A DNA stretch of 64,000 bases, taken from positions 1 to 64,000 of the forward strand of contig JAQGDQ010000096.1 in assembly GCA_030141605.1 (NCBI GenBank), in the 5' to 3' direction. This document shows positions 37,420 to 49,970 of the stretch, one piece after another. Origin of the DNA: Tubiluchus corallicola. Taxonomy: Eukaryota; Animalia; Priapulida. Numbering within the stretch: position 1 is the stretch's first letter; every line of letters begins with the position of its first letter. The notes beneath the pieces are model-generated. The model saw only the letters and a list, made by a program, of their open reading frames with translations, did not search any database and was not told the DNA's origin. A program made the translations under genes and the position numbers.

Positions 37420-40400
37420 TATTGAAATTTTGTTGTATACTACTGTACCTGTATTCAAGAGTTTCCAGAGTTTATTCACCGTGTCTACTACTGTACCTGT
37501 ATTCGCTTTGAGTCTTCTTGTGCCTGTATTCTTGCTTACATTTGTACTTGCGCTTCTTATATGGTATTTGTTAAAATTCTACTACAGTTTTTTATTGTTT
37601 GACTAATTTTTGACATTTTAATGTGCTTGCAACCAGTTGTATGAAGTTATTTTTAAAGATGAAACCTAAAAGTTTATACTGATTAATTAATTTCACCTCA
37701 AAAGTACTTTATCGCTGTAACATTGGTTCAAATGCTTTTTAAATTTAAGGATACTTTGTGTGGGCCTAGCTAATGCAGGTAAAGTTTTGTTTATTACTCG
37801 AGCTGATATTACTTCTGAAAGCATTAGCTGTAGCTTCTAAAACAACTGCTTTGTCTAAAACAATTTTAAATACACATTTTAGTTTTTTATGTTATTTTTT
37901 GTTTTAATCACAAGACCTTTGCTACTACATTGAATTCTATTGTTTGCACATTGCCTACCAGTTCAAAATTATTATGCCTTAAAGTCAATTGCTAATAAAT
38001 TCATTAGATGCTCTAAAATGTACTGTGTATATCCAACCAGAATCACCTCACACTCCCAAAATTATTATGTGCAGCCAATACTTTAGCCGTTTTTGTGTTA
38101 TGTTAGTCACATTATAAAGCAGGTTAAAGTACTAAGGTATTAATTTGCCAAGAATTTAATTACTTCATATTTTCATTAACTATTCTGACTAAACTTTAGT
38201 TTTGGCTAAAGGTTTTCCAGTCAACAAAACTATGATAAACAAAATTATTAATTTTGATATTTATTATGATGTTAAAGAATAATTATGAGAAACTCAAATA
38301 TTGAAAACTTGTTTTTCTAGGCTTTTGCAAATCTTACCTAACCTAGTGGAACCCTGCAGACCAGTAAAGTTATTATAGTGTCATCTTCATTTTGCGTTAT
38401 ACAACCGCTAAAAGATCAACATTTGAATTTGGAGTTCAAGATCAGATAATTAATAAACCCGCTGACATTTTTGAGATCTAACGTACTATTTTAAAAATCA
38501 AAGGTTTCAAACATGTAAACTTTTGTAAATTAGCTTGTAAATGCTTGTTGTTAAAAGTAAGCTTAAATCATTAGCTTCTCTTGTGCAGAAAATTCAAATT
38601 TTAGTAAAATACTTTTATACTTTGCTATGATAAATTTATAGTCATATATTTTACCAACCAAATATTTGAACCACTATTCATTTTAACTAAGTCTTCGTTT
38701 CTTCAATCTTATCTGTCCTAAAAACTCAGCAATCAACCATGAAGACATACTCAGCAGGAGTGGGTGCATCTTAGACTTCTTGTAGTTAGATGTTGTGCTT
38801 GTATCCAAAAAACCCATATCAGGTTTACTTGCAATAATTTTACTTTTCGTTTTCCATTTTTACCCAAGTTTGATAACTAGGCGTAGTCTATCATTAATTC
38901 ATTAAAACCTTCATATTAAGAAAGTAGTACAAAAATTGTATAATGTACTGTAAAAAGAAATCAGATATGAATATTTTGTGTAGTTAACATCATTATTTAT
39001 AATAAATTTACTTTCCATTATTACAAGTTAAGTTTTAGTTATTTTTTAACTTTTGTCATTTTTGACTTTACCTAGCAGTAAAATAAAAAAACAAAAAAAT
39101 TGAAGAATGAACTTGACTAATAGCAGAGCAAAAAAAAAAGTAGTGAGCAAATACAAGAAAAATAAATTGCTATTAGATCTGCTGCAAAACCCTAGTGTAC
39201 GATTTGTATGGGACATAATATACAATGAACATATTCTAGGCAAGTTAAAATCTAGTACACATTTGAAATTGAGAAACAGGAATTGTAAGCTCTACATATA
39301 TTGCAAGTTACAGCACACAGTCATATTGCAATAACTGTATTTGGCAATTTTGTGTCTCAGATAATGTTACAAGACATTTCATTGCAGGCAGTTAATCCTA
39401 CTGAGCTAGACACTGAGCTAACAGTACATTTAACTACATCCAAAAAATACATGCACTGTCGATTAGATGTACCTGGAAATTGCAAACTTGCCATGCAGCT
39501 TTCACACTAGAAAAATTTCATTATACGTACATAACAAAAATACAAAACATCAATTAGATATGCACGAAAAAAGGAAAAAATACATTAAAACAGGTGTGAA
39601 TTACATGCACCTGGAGAAATTGCAGACCTATTATGTATCCAGCTTTTCCATGCTGTATCATTTCTTAAGAAACGTATCTGGGTATCTGAGAAAAGGTAAC
39701 AATTGGCATTTAAAATTATAAAATAAAACAGTTATCGATTAGTTGTGTCAGGTGAAACTAATTAGGAATTTCCAGCAATGCTTTAAAACAGGTGTAATCA
39801 AGGTAGTACATGCCCTATGATAAAAGATTACAGATTTAAGGTATTATTTTTGAAAAAAATACCTTTAAAATGCTCTTGGATTAGTTCTACAAAGAATTAA
39901 TTAATGCGTTGCCATGACAACGGAGTTTCTTCATCCTAGATTTTTACCTGTACAAGAGGAAAACATGGACTTGGCACTAAACACAGAAAATCACTTCAAT
40001 GGCTATGTGTAACCAACTAAATCCCACTTTCTAAAACGCATAGTTTTCATATCGTAAATTTGGTAATATTCACGAAAATACTGTTTTCCCGGTTTTTCCT
40101 GGAAAAATTTTCCCTAGCATAAATCTGAAGGTGCAAAGTGTTTATGAATATCTGTTCTATGTACACTGAGCTACCAAAAGTCATATTAACAATTAACTAC
40201 CAGCTGAATTGGCATCTTTTATAACACTCTAAAGTTGACAAGTTAGCACACTTTCGTAAAAGGTCCATTTTTACACCTGTTAAGGTAAAACATCATTTGG
40301 ATGAATTTTGGATGCTGGAAAAACGAATACTATGTTGCCATATGACTTGATATGATTATTTCTCGTGCAATGCACTCCATTTAACAACACTAACATACTA

Positions 40401-41802
40401 AAACCTGTATTTGGAAATTTTAGTTATAAATAATAGAATGCTAAAAGTACAATTTTTAACTTTTTGCTCAAACCGGACTTAGTCATTTTTTCTTACTCCC
40501 AAAACTCGAGCGTTTTTTTGAACTTTAACTGACCGCCATTTCAAAACAAACTAATTATTTTAAATCTGGTTTTTTTTTATTAACTATATGCTCATAGCTC
40601 TATCAAATGAGCACGCTTGCGGCTATGGTGGCGCGCTCTACAATTTTCGTTCAGCCACCCTACTAGTATGATTATGCTACGACACTATCCTGTTTTTTGT
40701 ATTTTAATTTTATTACTGTACTAAACCTTGTTAACTCATGAAGCACCATTGTAACTCACAGCTCAAGCAGTTCACATGCTGATCAAACATAAACAATTGG
40801 TTAAATAAAATAAAAAAAATTTATGCTTGCAATAATAATTACACATCAATTTCTAAGGTTTCTCAAAGTTTATGTTATTGTACAAAAACATTTATGCCCT
40901 TTGACAGTTCAGAAGAAATCTTAACTGTTATGCAGTTCAACTAGCTTATACCCGTCAAGTAACCGATTGTTAAGATTCAGCGGCATTGAAGAAATTATCA
41001 TTGTTTATGTTCACAAATAAAACAGCCACTGGTGCATTCAGTTATTACACCCTGAGAGCCTGAGCTATGAGTTGCAAAAGTTAGTGTTTCCCCACACGCG
41101 TTTTTAATTATCTGCCATATTTCTTGATTACTTAGTTGCACACTTCATCAACTACATCAGCCTAAGTGCACTGAGCACTACCAGCGTAGGGATTACAAAA
41201 ATAAAATAATCTATATTATCCTTTTTGTATGCTGTTAAACTTAATAATCCATTTATTCATATCTTTGTTGATGGCCTGAAATAGGTTTTTAACGGTTAAT
41301 AAACAATTTCATGTGGATAATAGATAGATTGCAACTAGCGTTTAGCCACGCCCACATTGATCGCGTGACACACGTGACAAACACTAACTCGCTGCAAGTC
41401 ACTACAGTATATAAACAAGAGTGAAAAACATGGACAGTTTGTGAATTTTAAGTGATTTATATTCGATTCCAGAAAATGCATCATTATGCTACAAACCAAA
41501 CTATAAGAAATTGCCTAGTAAATCCTTGCAAAGAGGACTTAATTATTATATGTGGACTATATCAAGATTTATTGCGAAGTTTCAAATATAGTTACAATAA
41601 AAGCGCTAGTTATAATAAAACTTACAACAAAGTACTAAAATAACAAATATGAAATGGTTTGTTAACTTTGCTTTACATGTTGTGTTGTGCGTTAAGTCCT
41701 ATTAACATTTCATGCGTTAAGTCCTGATTTAGCCGACACATTCTACAAGTAGCCAGTAATGAATAATAGTACAGTGTAATAATAAAACATTAGAAAACTT
41801 CT

Positions 41803-41973
41803 CTTTGAGCAGACAGCACGATTGTTATGTGGCCTCCCGCATGCTCTGACCCAACGGTGACATTTGTCTAAATCTTTTTTTAGGTTGGGGAAACTTATAA
41901 GTCCAACTTCTCCTAATCTTTCTGTATAGCGAACATCCACATGACACGTACCCCAAGCACAACGCTTCGCTAT
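41803..41973 (-). pseudogene. THAP zinc-finger exon remnant
   Basis: (ATA)AKRCAWGTCHVDVRYTERL...ISFPNLKKDLDKCHRWVRACGRPH...AVCSK; start codon and splice donor decayed. Confidence 0.75.
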
Positions 41974-42199
41974 TCTTCACTACTATTAACGAATTTTAGC
42001 TGCACAAGGTTTTTTATGGCAAGAAAAAAGCAAAAGTAATCATGAACACACGCTTTAGCTGTAGATTTCGTGTAGGCTTTTGGTGCAAATGTGGCTGGGC
42101 ATGTAAGTAAAGCCCCAACAATCTCAGGCACCAACAATCGAAGAACAATAAGCGCTAAATAAAAGCGCCTCATTGGTCATTGCGAGGTGGACCCCTGCT

Positions 42200-45100
42200 T
42201 ACTTACTTGCTGTCCCCACCAGGTGGAGGCAGGCCAGTGCAGGTAGCATCCCGAACCATCGCACGCCACTGCTTCAGGTCCTCGCAGTACGACGGCAGCT
42301 CTGTGAGATCGTCGGAAACTTGGTGGTAGTGGTCCATCCCGAGAGGAGACACAATATCGCGCTTGATTTGATGCCAGAAATGCTTTTGTTGACCTCTTCT
42401 GCACCGCTTCCACGTGCCGCGGCGTGCTGCTGCCACCGGCGCCGGCTTGAACATGGAGATGAGACCCGCACGTCTGTAGACCTCTGCGTTCGTAATGTGA
42501 TTTGAATAGCTAATGCCGAGAACATGCCTTAGCAATTTGGTTTTGAACGAGTTAAGACATCTTTCATCCTCTGCTAGGATAGTCCAGGTTTCGCTGCCAT
42601 ACATCAGCATGGATAGAATGCTGGCTTTGAACATGTGGAGTTTACTCTCAATGGATATTGCGGGTTGCTGCCAAAGAAACCACAGGCAAAACTGATCTGC
42701 CGATGATTCTCCATCGTGCAAGAACCGTCGTTCGAGATTTGGCTGCCCAGGTAAGTAAAGGATTCGACCAGCTTGATGGTGTGCCCGTTGTGCTGTATGA
42801 CGTCATTGTTGAAGTCTGATCCGATGTACATCGCCTTGGTTTTCTCGACACCAACTATTAGACCGTATCGTGCTGCGTTCTTTGAAAAGATATCCAAGAA
42901 CTTATTCATGATTTTGGGGTTGTCTGCTAGCAACGCTAAGTCGTCTGCGAAGTCCATGTCCGCAAGGGACTGGCCGACTGACACCTGGATACCTTCGTGA
43001 CCGAGCCTGTCGATGCTCATGTGCGTAATTCGGTCGATGACTAAGTTGAAGAGCATGGGGACAATGGGCATCCTTGGCGGACACCTGTGATTACATCAAA
43101 TGGCTCGCCGAGGTGGCGGTACACCCGGACTCTGCTGTTGCTGCCGGCGTAGATGGACCTGATAGCATTCAACACCGAAACAGGGACACCGTCTAGCGCG
43201 TACAACTTTCACAGACGCTCTCGGTCAACTGAATCGAAGGCTGCTGCGAAGTCAACGAAACATGCCACAAAAGGTTGTTGGAATTGCAAGTGCCGCTCAA
43301 CGCTGCGACGAAGCGTGAAGATTTGGGCTCGCCCTCGCGGAAACCGGCCTGCTGCTCCCGTGTGGTTGATTCCCGATGACGCTTGAGCCGCCGGAGGAGA
43401 CGGTGGCGTACAGTTTGTCGACTATAGATAGTAGAGATATCCCTCGATAGTTCTTACACAGCGTCTTATCAGCTTTCTTGAATAGAGGAATCAGAAGCGA
43501 CACCACCCACTCCTTAGACACTCTGCTGCTTTCAAACACCATTTCGATGACCTGGTGCAGCCAGGTAATTGCCGTCTCACCACCTGCTCGAATCATCTCG
43601 GCGTTGATGCTGTCCAAGCAGGGAGTTTTGCCGAGCTTCATTGCTTGGACTGCTTTGCAGATCTCATGGACAGTGATGGGACCGCTAGGAATTAGCTGTG
43701 AGGTGGTAGCATTCAGCACAGGACCGTCTAGCTCATGATCTAGTTCAGCTGGCGGCGCACGATTCAGCAGCTCCGAGTAGTACTCTCGTCACCGAGCCAG
43801 CTTTCCTTCGAAGTTATCTATGAACTGTCCATCAGCAGCCCGTATTCGCTCACTAATAACTGACGATTTCTTGGGCGAAGTACTCCATACATCTTCCTTA
43901 GACTTCCACCAGTACTCCAAATCAACCTTCGCAAGCCCCATAACTACAGCGTCCAGCCCAGATGTGTGTTGCTTGATCTTCTCCTTCCGGCGAGCATCAC
44001 TCGCGATTACTGTCTCCTTATGCAGTTTTGATTCCTGGGTAGTCCCTCGGCGATACCCTACCACATCCGATGCCACCTCCGTGAACCCATCTCGCAGCTG
44101 CATCCACGCCTCTTCCACAGCGTCGTCTTCGGGCTCCTGCAGGGCAGCGAAGCGGTTCGATAGTTGAAGCTCGAACTCCTGAGCAATGGGCGCGTCTCAG
44201 AGCTTGCCGGAGTCGAAGCGGCGGGGTGGTTTTATTGCTGTGCGCTTCTTTATCTTCAAGCGAATCTTGCACACAAGAAGCTTATGGTCCAAGCCAACAT
44301 CTGCGCCCGGAACGTGCGAACGTCTAGGAGCAAAGATCAGAGTCGCTGCTGCACTAGAAAATGGTCGATCTGTTTGGTTGTGATGCCATCATTTGATTTC
44401 CAAGTAACCTTATGAATATCACGGTGTTGATACAGGGTGCCATTCATTGCAAGCCCGTTCATTGCAGCAAACTCAATCAGTCGGGTGTCGTTGCGTTGAC
44501 CGAGACCCTGTGCGCCCATCACACGTCTCCATGCGTTGTCGCCTCCACCGACATCAGCATTCAGATCTCCACTGATGATGAGGAAGTCTGATTTTGGTAC
44601 TCCTTGCAGGCACTGTTGCAGACTAGCGTAAAAGTTGTCTTTTTCAGCTCAGGACGGCGCATACACAGAGACGATGGTGAGTTTGCCATGGCGAGTGTCG
44701 ATCCGTGCCGACATGATCCGTTCAGACACTGTATCAAATGTCATGAGTGCAGCTTTGGCAGTGTGATTAAGGGCGATGCAGACACCAGAGTGCCCCACGT
44801 CCCATCCAGAGTAGAGGATGGTGTAATCTCCAATGCATTCCTCGCCAAACTCCCGCCACCGTACCTAACTCAAGCAACAAATAGCGACCTTATATTCAAC
44901 AAGTTGACGTATTAGGTCCTCTAGCCTGCCAGGCACATTCAATGACCATACATTCCATGAGCCAATCCAAGTACTGGTTTTTGCCGCAAATAAGTGTCTC
45001 CTTTCCGTCAATCGTTGGGAATTTTCCGTAATCGTACCAGGGTCAAGTCCTGAGAATCTGGTCGGGTTTGTACTTATACTTGTTTCGAAAACAACAAGAT

Positions 45101-45329
45101 ATAGCACCAGGGCGAGTTGTTAGCACGGCGCTGGCCGGTAAGTCTGGAGGGGCTGCCTCCTCGGACGCGGCCTTTCACCAGCGGCAGTAAGCTTGTCCGC
45201 CATGGTTGGACCTCCAGGGGTATAAAACCCCAGACGGCGTAGCCTTGCTACGGACCCGTTGCCACCTGCTACGCTCGATCATAAAGATCTTCGATGAGGC
45301 CAGGGAGATGGGTTTGAGTAGCGAGTAGC
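42200..45329 (-). mobile_element. Full-length RTE-clade LINE, decayed
   Basis: TSD GACCCCTGCT (42190-42199, 45330-45339); AAGT-repeat tail right after the stop; endonuclease IGSWNVWSL, HKVTWKS...QIDH; RT NYRGISLLS, DMDFADDLALL; many frameshifts. Confidence 0.92.
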
Positions 45330-45779
45330 GACCCCTGCTAGTTGGTTGACGTTCTGCGATCTATGTATGAACTGCTTGATAAAGACATCATAGTTTGTTT
45401 TTGGTAAGTCACCCTTACGGCAAAATGGTTGTCTCATCTTCCTACTGCCTATTAGCCAGGCACACTGCTAAAGCAGCAGTTAATAGACTGCTGGTTAGAC
45501 ACGTGCTATAGAAGTGCACAGCAGAAACTGACGTTTGAATTTTAAATTCTCTAACAATTATATTGTATTACAAATCATGCCTTCATTCTCTTTGTGGGAA
45601 TAGGGTAGAAATATTAGGTTCATGTAGTAAACAATGCAGTTAATTACTTGGGTAGGGTTTAGTTTGACTTTAATATTAAGTTCCTTAATTTGTAACTGTT
45701 AATGATGGTACAACTGTTACTTCTATAAATGCATCCAAACAAAAGTTTATCATAGGTACTAATATATTCAGATGAAGAG

Positions 45780-46400
45780 ATATCCACAGTGATTCAGTGA
45801 AATTTGCAGCAAGATGCCAAGAACAACTAGAGAACAATTAAGTGATAAATGTATGTAGATTAACATGCATCTACCATTTATTGACATCATATTCACAGGG
45901 AAACAAGTGTAGTTTTCAATGGCAAATTCTTCCAATATAAATCCAGCCTTGGATTTTTTGGTCGTGCTTCTATTACAGCTACAGCATGTGGTTTCATCAG
46001 GCTAATATATATTTAATCTGAATTCATCACGTTTATTGCTCAAATAGTCAGTAATTGTGTGCACACATGCCAGTTATTCCAAAACTTTCTGCTGTTCAAC
46101 TCCCCTAACAGCCTTTCACATTTTCACAATTAATAGTGTTTGTGCAATTAATTTGATTATGTACATTATTTGTGTATTTTTTAGTATTGAATCTACTGTT
46201 GACTCACGGGAGGTATTACTCCCCTAACTTTCCCCCCATCTTTTTACCCATGTTCCAGTCTTCGCTGCCTTTTCCGCTTCTGCTTTTTTAATTTCATCTA
46301 TTTTCTTAATTTTCTGCTTTCTTAAGTTTCGCATACTTTTGTCAGGAATTTGTGTGGCCAGGCGACTATGTCATCTTAAATGCTTATTAGTTGTCAGTAA
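45780..46400 (-). mobile_element. CR1-like LINE ORF1-end / endonuclease-start remnant
   Basis: CVHTITDYLSNKRDEF...KPHAVAVIEARPKNPR...EEFAIENY resembles a CR1 AP-endonuclease N-terminus; a K/E-rich segment lies upstream. Confidence 0.45.
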
Positions 46401-47646
46401 AGCTTTCACGCAAACAAAAGTCAGTTTACACTATTTATTTTTTGTGTAACCCAGGCATAACCTGAGCATTTGTGTGAAATTTTGAGGCCTGATGTATGGC
46501 TGAAGTAATAATTTTATGATTTTAGGGTTGTGGTAACACTTGCAACAGCTTGAAACTTCAAACTTGTACTCAAATTTAGATACCGTATATCTTTTTGATT
46601 TTTAAGTGCTATTTACTATTTTCCTGCTATCCCATTGTACATCCACTACTGCCAGACCAAAGTGTAAAAGCAGTCGGCAATTTTGCTTCACGGAAGTATC
46701 CATTTTGAAGGCGACAAATCATTTATTTTACACTAATCTCAGTTAGATTTTTGCTTTAAAAGTGCTGACTAAATTGAGTACAGATAATCGAAATTTCTCA
46801 AGTTGTACTTTTAAACTCGTACTCGACTTATAGAAGCGTATAACTGCACATCACTGCTAGATGGGGTTTTGGGTCACATCCCAATGAATTTATTGCTGAT
46901 CTGCAAAACAGATTCAGGATTAGAGAGTAGAACCTTATGTTGTTTACAATTAAAATCTATGTAAGTGTCTGTGGCGGCGTTTTTTTGTCGAGAAAGTCCA
47001 AAAAATTGTATCTTGTATATGTATGTATCTTGAGAGCTTGATAGATTCATCCAATATATATGTAAATCATATGCGAAATATTATGAAAAACGCAAATTAA
47101 CTTGCATTATTATCATGCGCTGTCACTTACACATTGATGCCAATGCAAAGTGATCCGAAGTCATCTGCAGCATTGTCTAACAAAGTTGGCAATAATTTAG
47201 TTTGAGTCCAAAGATAGGTCGGCAAACTAAACTTATATGTACTCTCCTGAAAGTTTTTGTAATTGTGATATGACAACACCACACCTTGAATCACCCAGAG
47301 GAACCCAATGAAGATTCGCATTTTGGCCGCTTTTGTCCGATGTTCAAACCTGGCTAAGCGCCACTGCAAGTACAGCTTCACTAGAATGAGAGCAAAACGA
47401 AAGCTGAGCATACTAAGCTGGAATTCTGGATTGGTTTCTTTGGGAATTCCAGATTAGTGCAAGTAACACATTCAGAACTAGCACAGACTCCAATCCTGGC
47501 ACAGAACAGTTATCTATAGACCACTTGTAGAATGTAGACCAAAGATCACGTGCACTGTAGAAACTGTGCATCATTATCTGACATCTTTTGCTTTGCTTTC
47601 CTTCACTCATTAGTCACCTCTGGTATCCATGGTCTGAGTTGCTTAA

Positions 47647-48140
47647 AGGGAGGCAAGATCATTTTTCATATACTACACCATTTTCAAGTTAGATAAAACG
47701 TATACATTTTATCACAATTAACACTGCACAAGCGTTTCTGCTAATTAAATAATAGATTAAAAACTTAATTTATAGCAGGCGAGTCAAACTATTGATGACA
47801 TCACAAGCTAACATAATTTTAAACAGTAAAAAGATTCTGCGAGCATGTTGCACGTGTTTGCGAAAGCGAAAATTAAAGTACAGCACTTTTGTAAGAAATT
47901 CAATGTGTTGTACTAAAACTCGGCAAGTTTTTAGATAAAAATTCAAATTTCAGATTTACTGCTGTGCTCATACATGAACTGTCGAACGTGTGTAGTTCGT
48001 CACAGACACATCTGAACTGAGAGGTACAGCACCTGTTTTTGTGCAGTGCATTTTCGAAATGCAGGCGCTAATGCCCGCCTAACTAGCGATTGGCGAAATG
48101 CATGTAACGGCAAAGAACTGTGGCGCGAACGCAAAATAGT
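47647..48140 (+). mobile_element. TTAA-flanked DNA transposon family, copy 2 (right end not found)
   Basis: TTAA|AGGGAGGCAAGAT start; colinear with copies 1 and 3. Confidence 0.6.
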
Positions 48141-49557
48141 TAATTATTTTTTTGGTTTGAGGAGCATTGGCCTTTTTGTCACTTCTCTGTTAACATTGTC
48201 ACTGTTAAGGCAGTCTAATGCACCCCCCCCCCAGTTTAGCATTTTTGATGTTAGATCGTTCTCACTAGAGTGGCAGTAACTAATTAGTCTAACTTTTTAT
48301 TTTGAATAACTTTAACCTGAAATTTCCGTAGATGACTGGATTATACTTGCAGTGCATTTGACCACAGAGAAATGCAGTGGCCTAGTGATCTAATTGTAAA
48401 ACATCTGCAATGTAAACAAAAGGTCCTTCATTCAACTCCAGGCTGCATTCCAACTTTTTCACATTTCTTGTCTGTCTATGAAGTTTGGTATCAAAATTTA
48501 ACCATTTTGGGGCAGGGGGAGGGGTGTAACATCATGAATAACAATTAACTGCTAGATGTTTCTATAGCACAGTTTACATGGGCCAAAAGCTGAAAACATG
48601 CAAACTGCATGTATAACTTAGCATGTGCTTGATCAGGAAATGCAAATCATGATTGGGTTGTCAGATCACACTTGCAGAAACTTTCAGAAGAGTAGGCCTA
48701 CAAATTAGTTTGGTTTACTGACCCATTATTTTATCTTTGGACTCAAGCTAAATTATTTTCAACTTTATTAGACAATACTGCACCTGACTTTGGATCATTT
48801 TGTGTTAAGATTAGTGTGTATGTAAATGCAATTAATTGTTTTCATTCGTGTTTTTATAATACTTGATCTAGATTTATATTAGATGACTAGATCTATCAAG
48901 CCCTCAAGATACATGTGCACATAACGTACCTGCAGTTCAGTTTAAAAAAGCAAGTTAAAAATGCAGCTGAAATTTTTAACATTGGCAAACTTATTTTTGC
49001 CTGTCATAAACGTGTTACCTGCTTTTACTTTGCTTTATTTTTCATAAATTTACTTATTTCCATTTATGTTTTTATTGCTTAAGCCAGCTAAGGTGTTTAT
49101 TAGTTTTCTGATCTGCATCCTATAAAAGTTCCTAGACAGCACTGTGTTGCATTGTATTTAATAAAGAATGCTTATGTGAAGCTTCTGATTGCACACTTGC
49201 ACAATCTGGGTCTAGCTTTACAGCATTTGTTTTCAAAGAAGCCAGCCAGTAACCAGGGCTTCATCTGGGATTGCAGAGGCCAGCACAGTCTATTCAGTTA
49301 CATTCGCTCATTTTCTGTATTGATGCTGGTGGTTGCTTTTGCTGTTTACTGCTTGCCATTTTCTGCAGCAGTATGTGAACTATAATCTTTATGAATTTTG
49401 ATATATGTTTATGTAAAAAAGTGGATTCAAAAGCGAGAAGGTAAGAATATCTTTCTTGTAGCACCATTTGTCTTTCAAACTAAGATTTGGTGGTATCATA
49501 CTTAGTGTTTAGGAGGTTAATTGCAGATTTACTTACAAAGACTCAGTTTGTTATTGG

Positions 49558-49970
49558 ATTTGTGGTCATTATCTAAGTAGACTTATACAATGTAGCATTC
49601 AGTATCATGTTATATATTTGTGGTCATTACCTAAGTAGACTTATACAATGTACCATTCAGTACCATGTTATATATTTGTGGTCATTACCTAAGTAGACTT
49701 ATACAATATAGCATTGAGGCATTCAGTATCATGTTATATATTTGTGGTCATTACCTAAGTAGACTTATACATGTAGAATTCAGTATCATGTTATATATTT
49801 GTGGTCATTACCTAAGTAGACTTATACAATGTAGAATTCAGTATCATGTTATATATTTGTGGTCATTACCTAAGTAGACTTATACAATGTAGCATTCAGT
49901 ATCATGTTATATATTTGTGGTCATTACCTAAGTAGACTTATACAATGTAGCATTCAGTATCACGTTATAT
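49558..49970. repeat. 58-bp minisatellite x7
   Basis: Unit ATTTGTGGTCATTACCTAAGTAGACTTATACAATGTAGCATTCAGTATCATGTTATAT, nearly identical copies. Confidence 0.95.

Larger units (their letters stand above)
36632..40662. mobile_element. 4-kb TIR DNA transposon without recognisable ORF (hAT-like termini)
   Basis: TIR TAGGGTGGCTGA / TCAGCCACCCTA plus subterminal GCGCGCCACCATA / TATGGTGGCGCGC; flanking direct repeat CTAGTAT (36625-36631, 40663-40669). Confidence 0.7.
41326..45362 (-). mobile_element. THAP-bearing non-autonomous DNA transposon (ISL2EU/Harbinger-like), interrupted by an RTE LINE
   Basis: AT|AGATTGCA ... TGCGATCT|AT termini; both ends homologous to 61456-62614 in the opposite orientation; THAP exon remnant. 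Confidence 0.7.

Noticed and set aside
38680-38830. Possible minus-strand exon remnant inside the 4-kb TIR element
   Set aside because: No transposase motif identified; frame ambiguous.
45230-45329. HDV-like ribozyme at the 5' end of the first RTE
   Set aside because: A GG-CAAC motif is present, but consistent P1/P2/P3/P1.1 pairings could not be built; kept only as an unassigned structure.
47127-47610. Coding-like composition with two short ORFs
   Set aside because: No family motif recognised in any frame examined.
48369-48450. tRNA gene (A-box-like TGGCCTAGTG, B-box-like TTCAACTCC)
   Set aside because: No convincing cloverleaf; at most a decayed tRNA-derived SINE head.
49558-49970. CRISPR-like array
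   Set aside because: Units are contiguous with no unique spacers, there are no cas genes, and the context is eukaryotic; it is a minisatellite.
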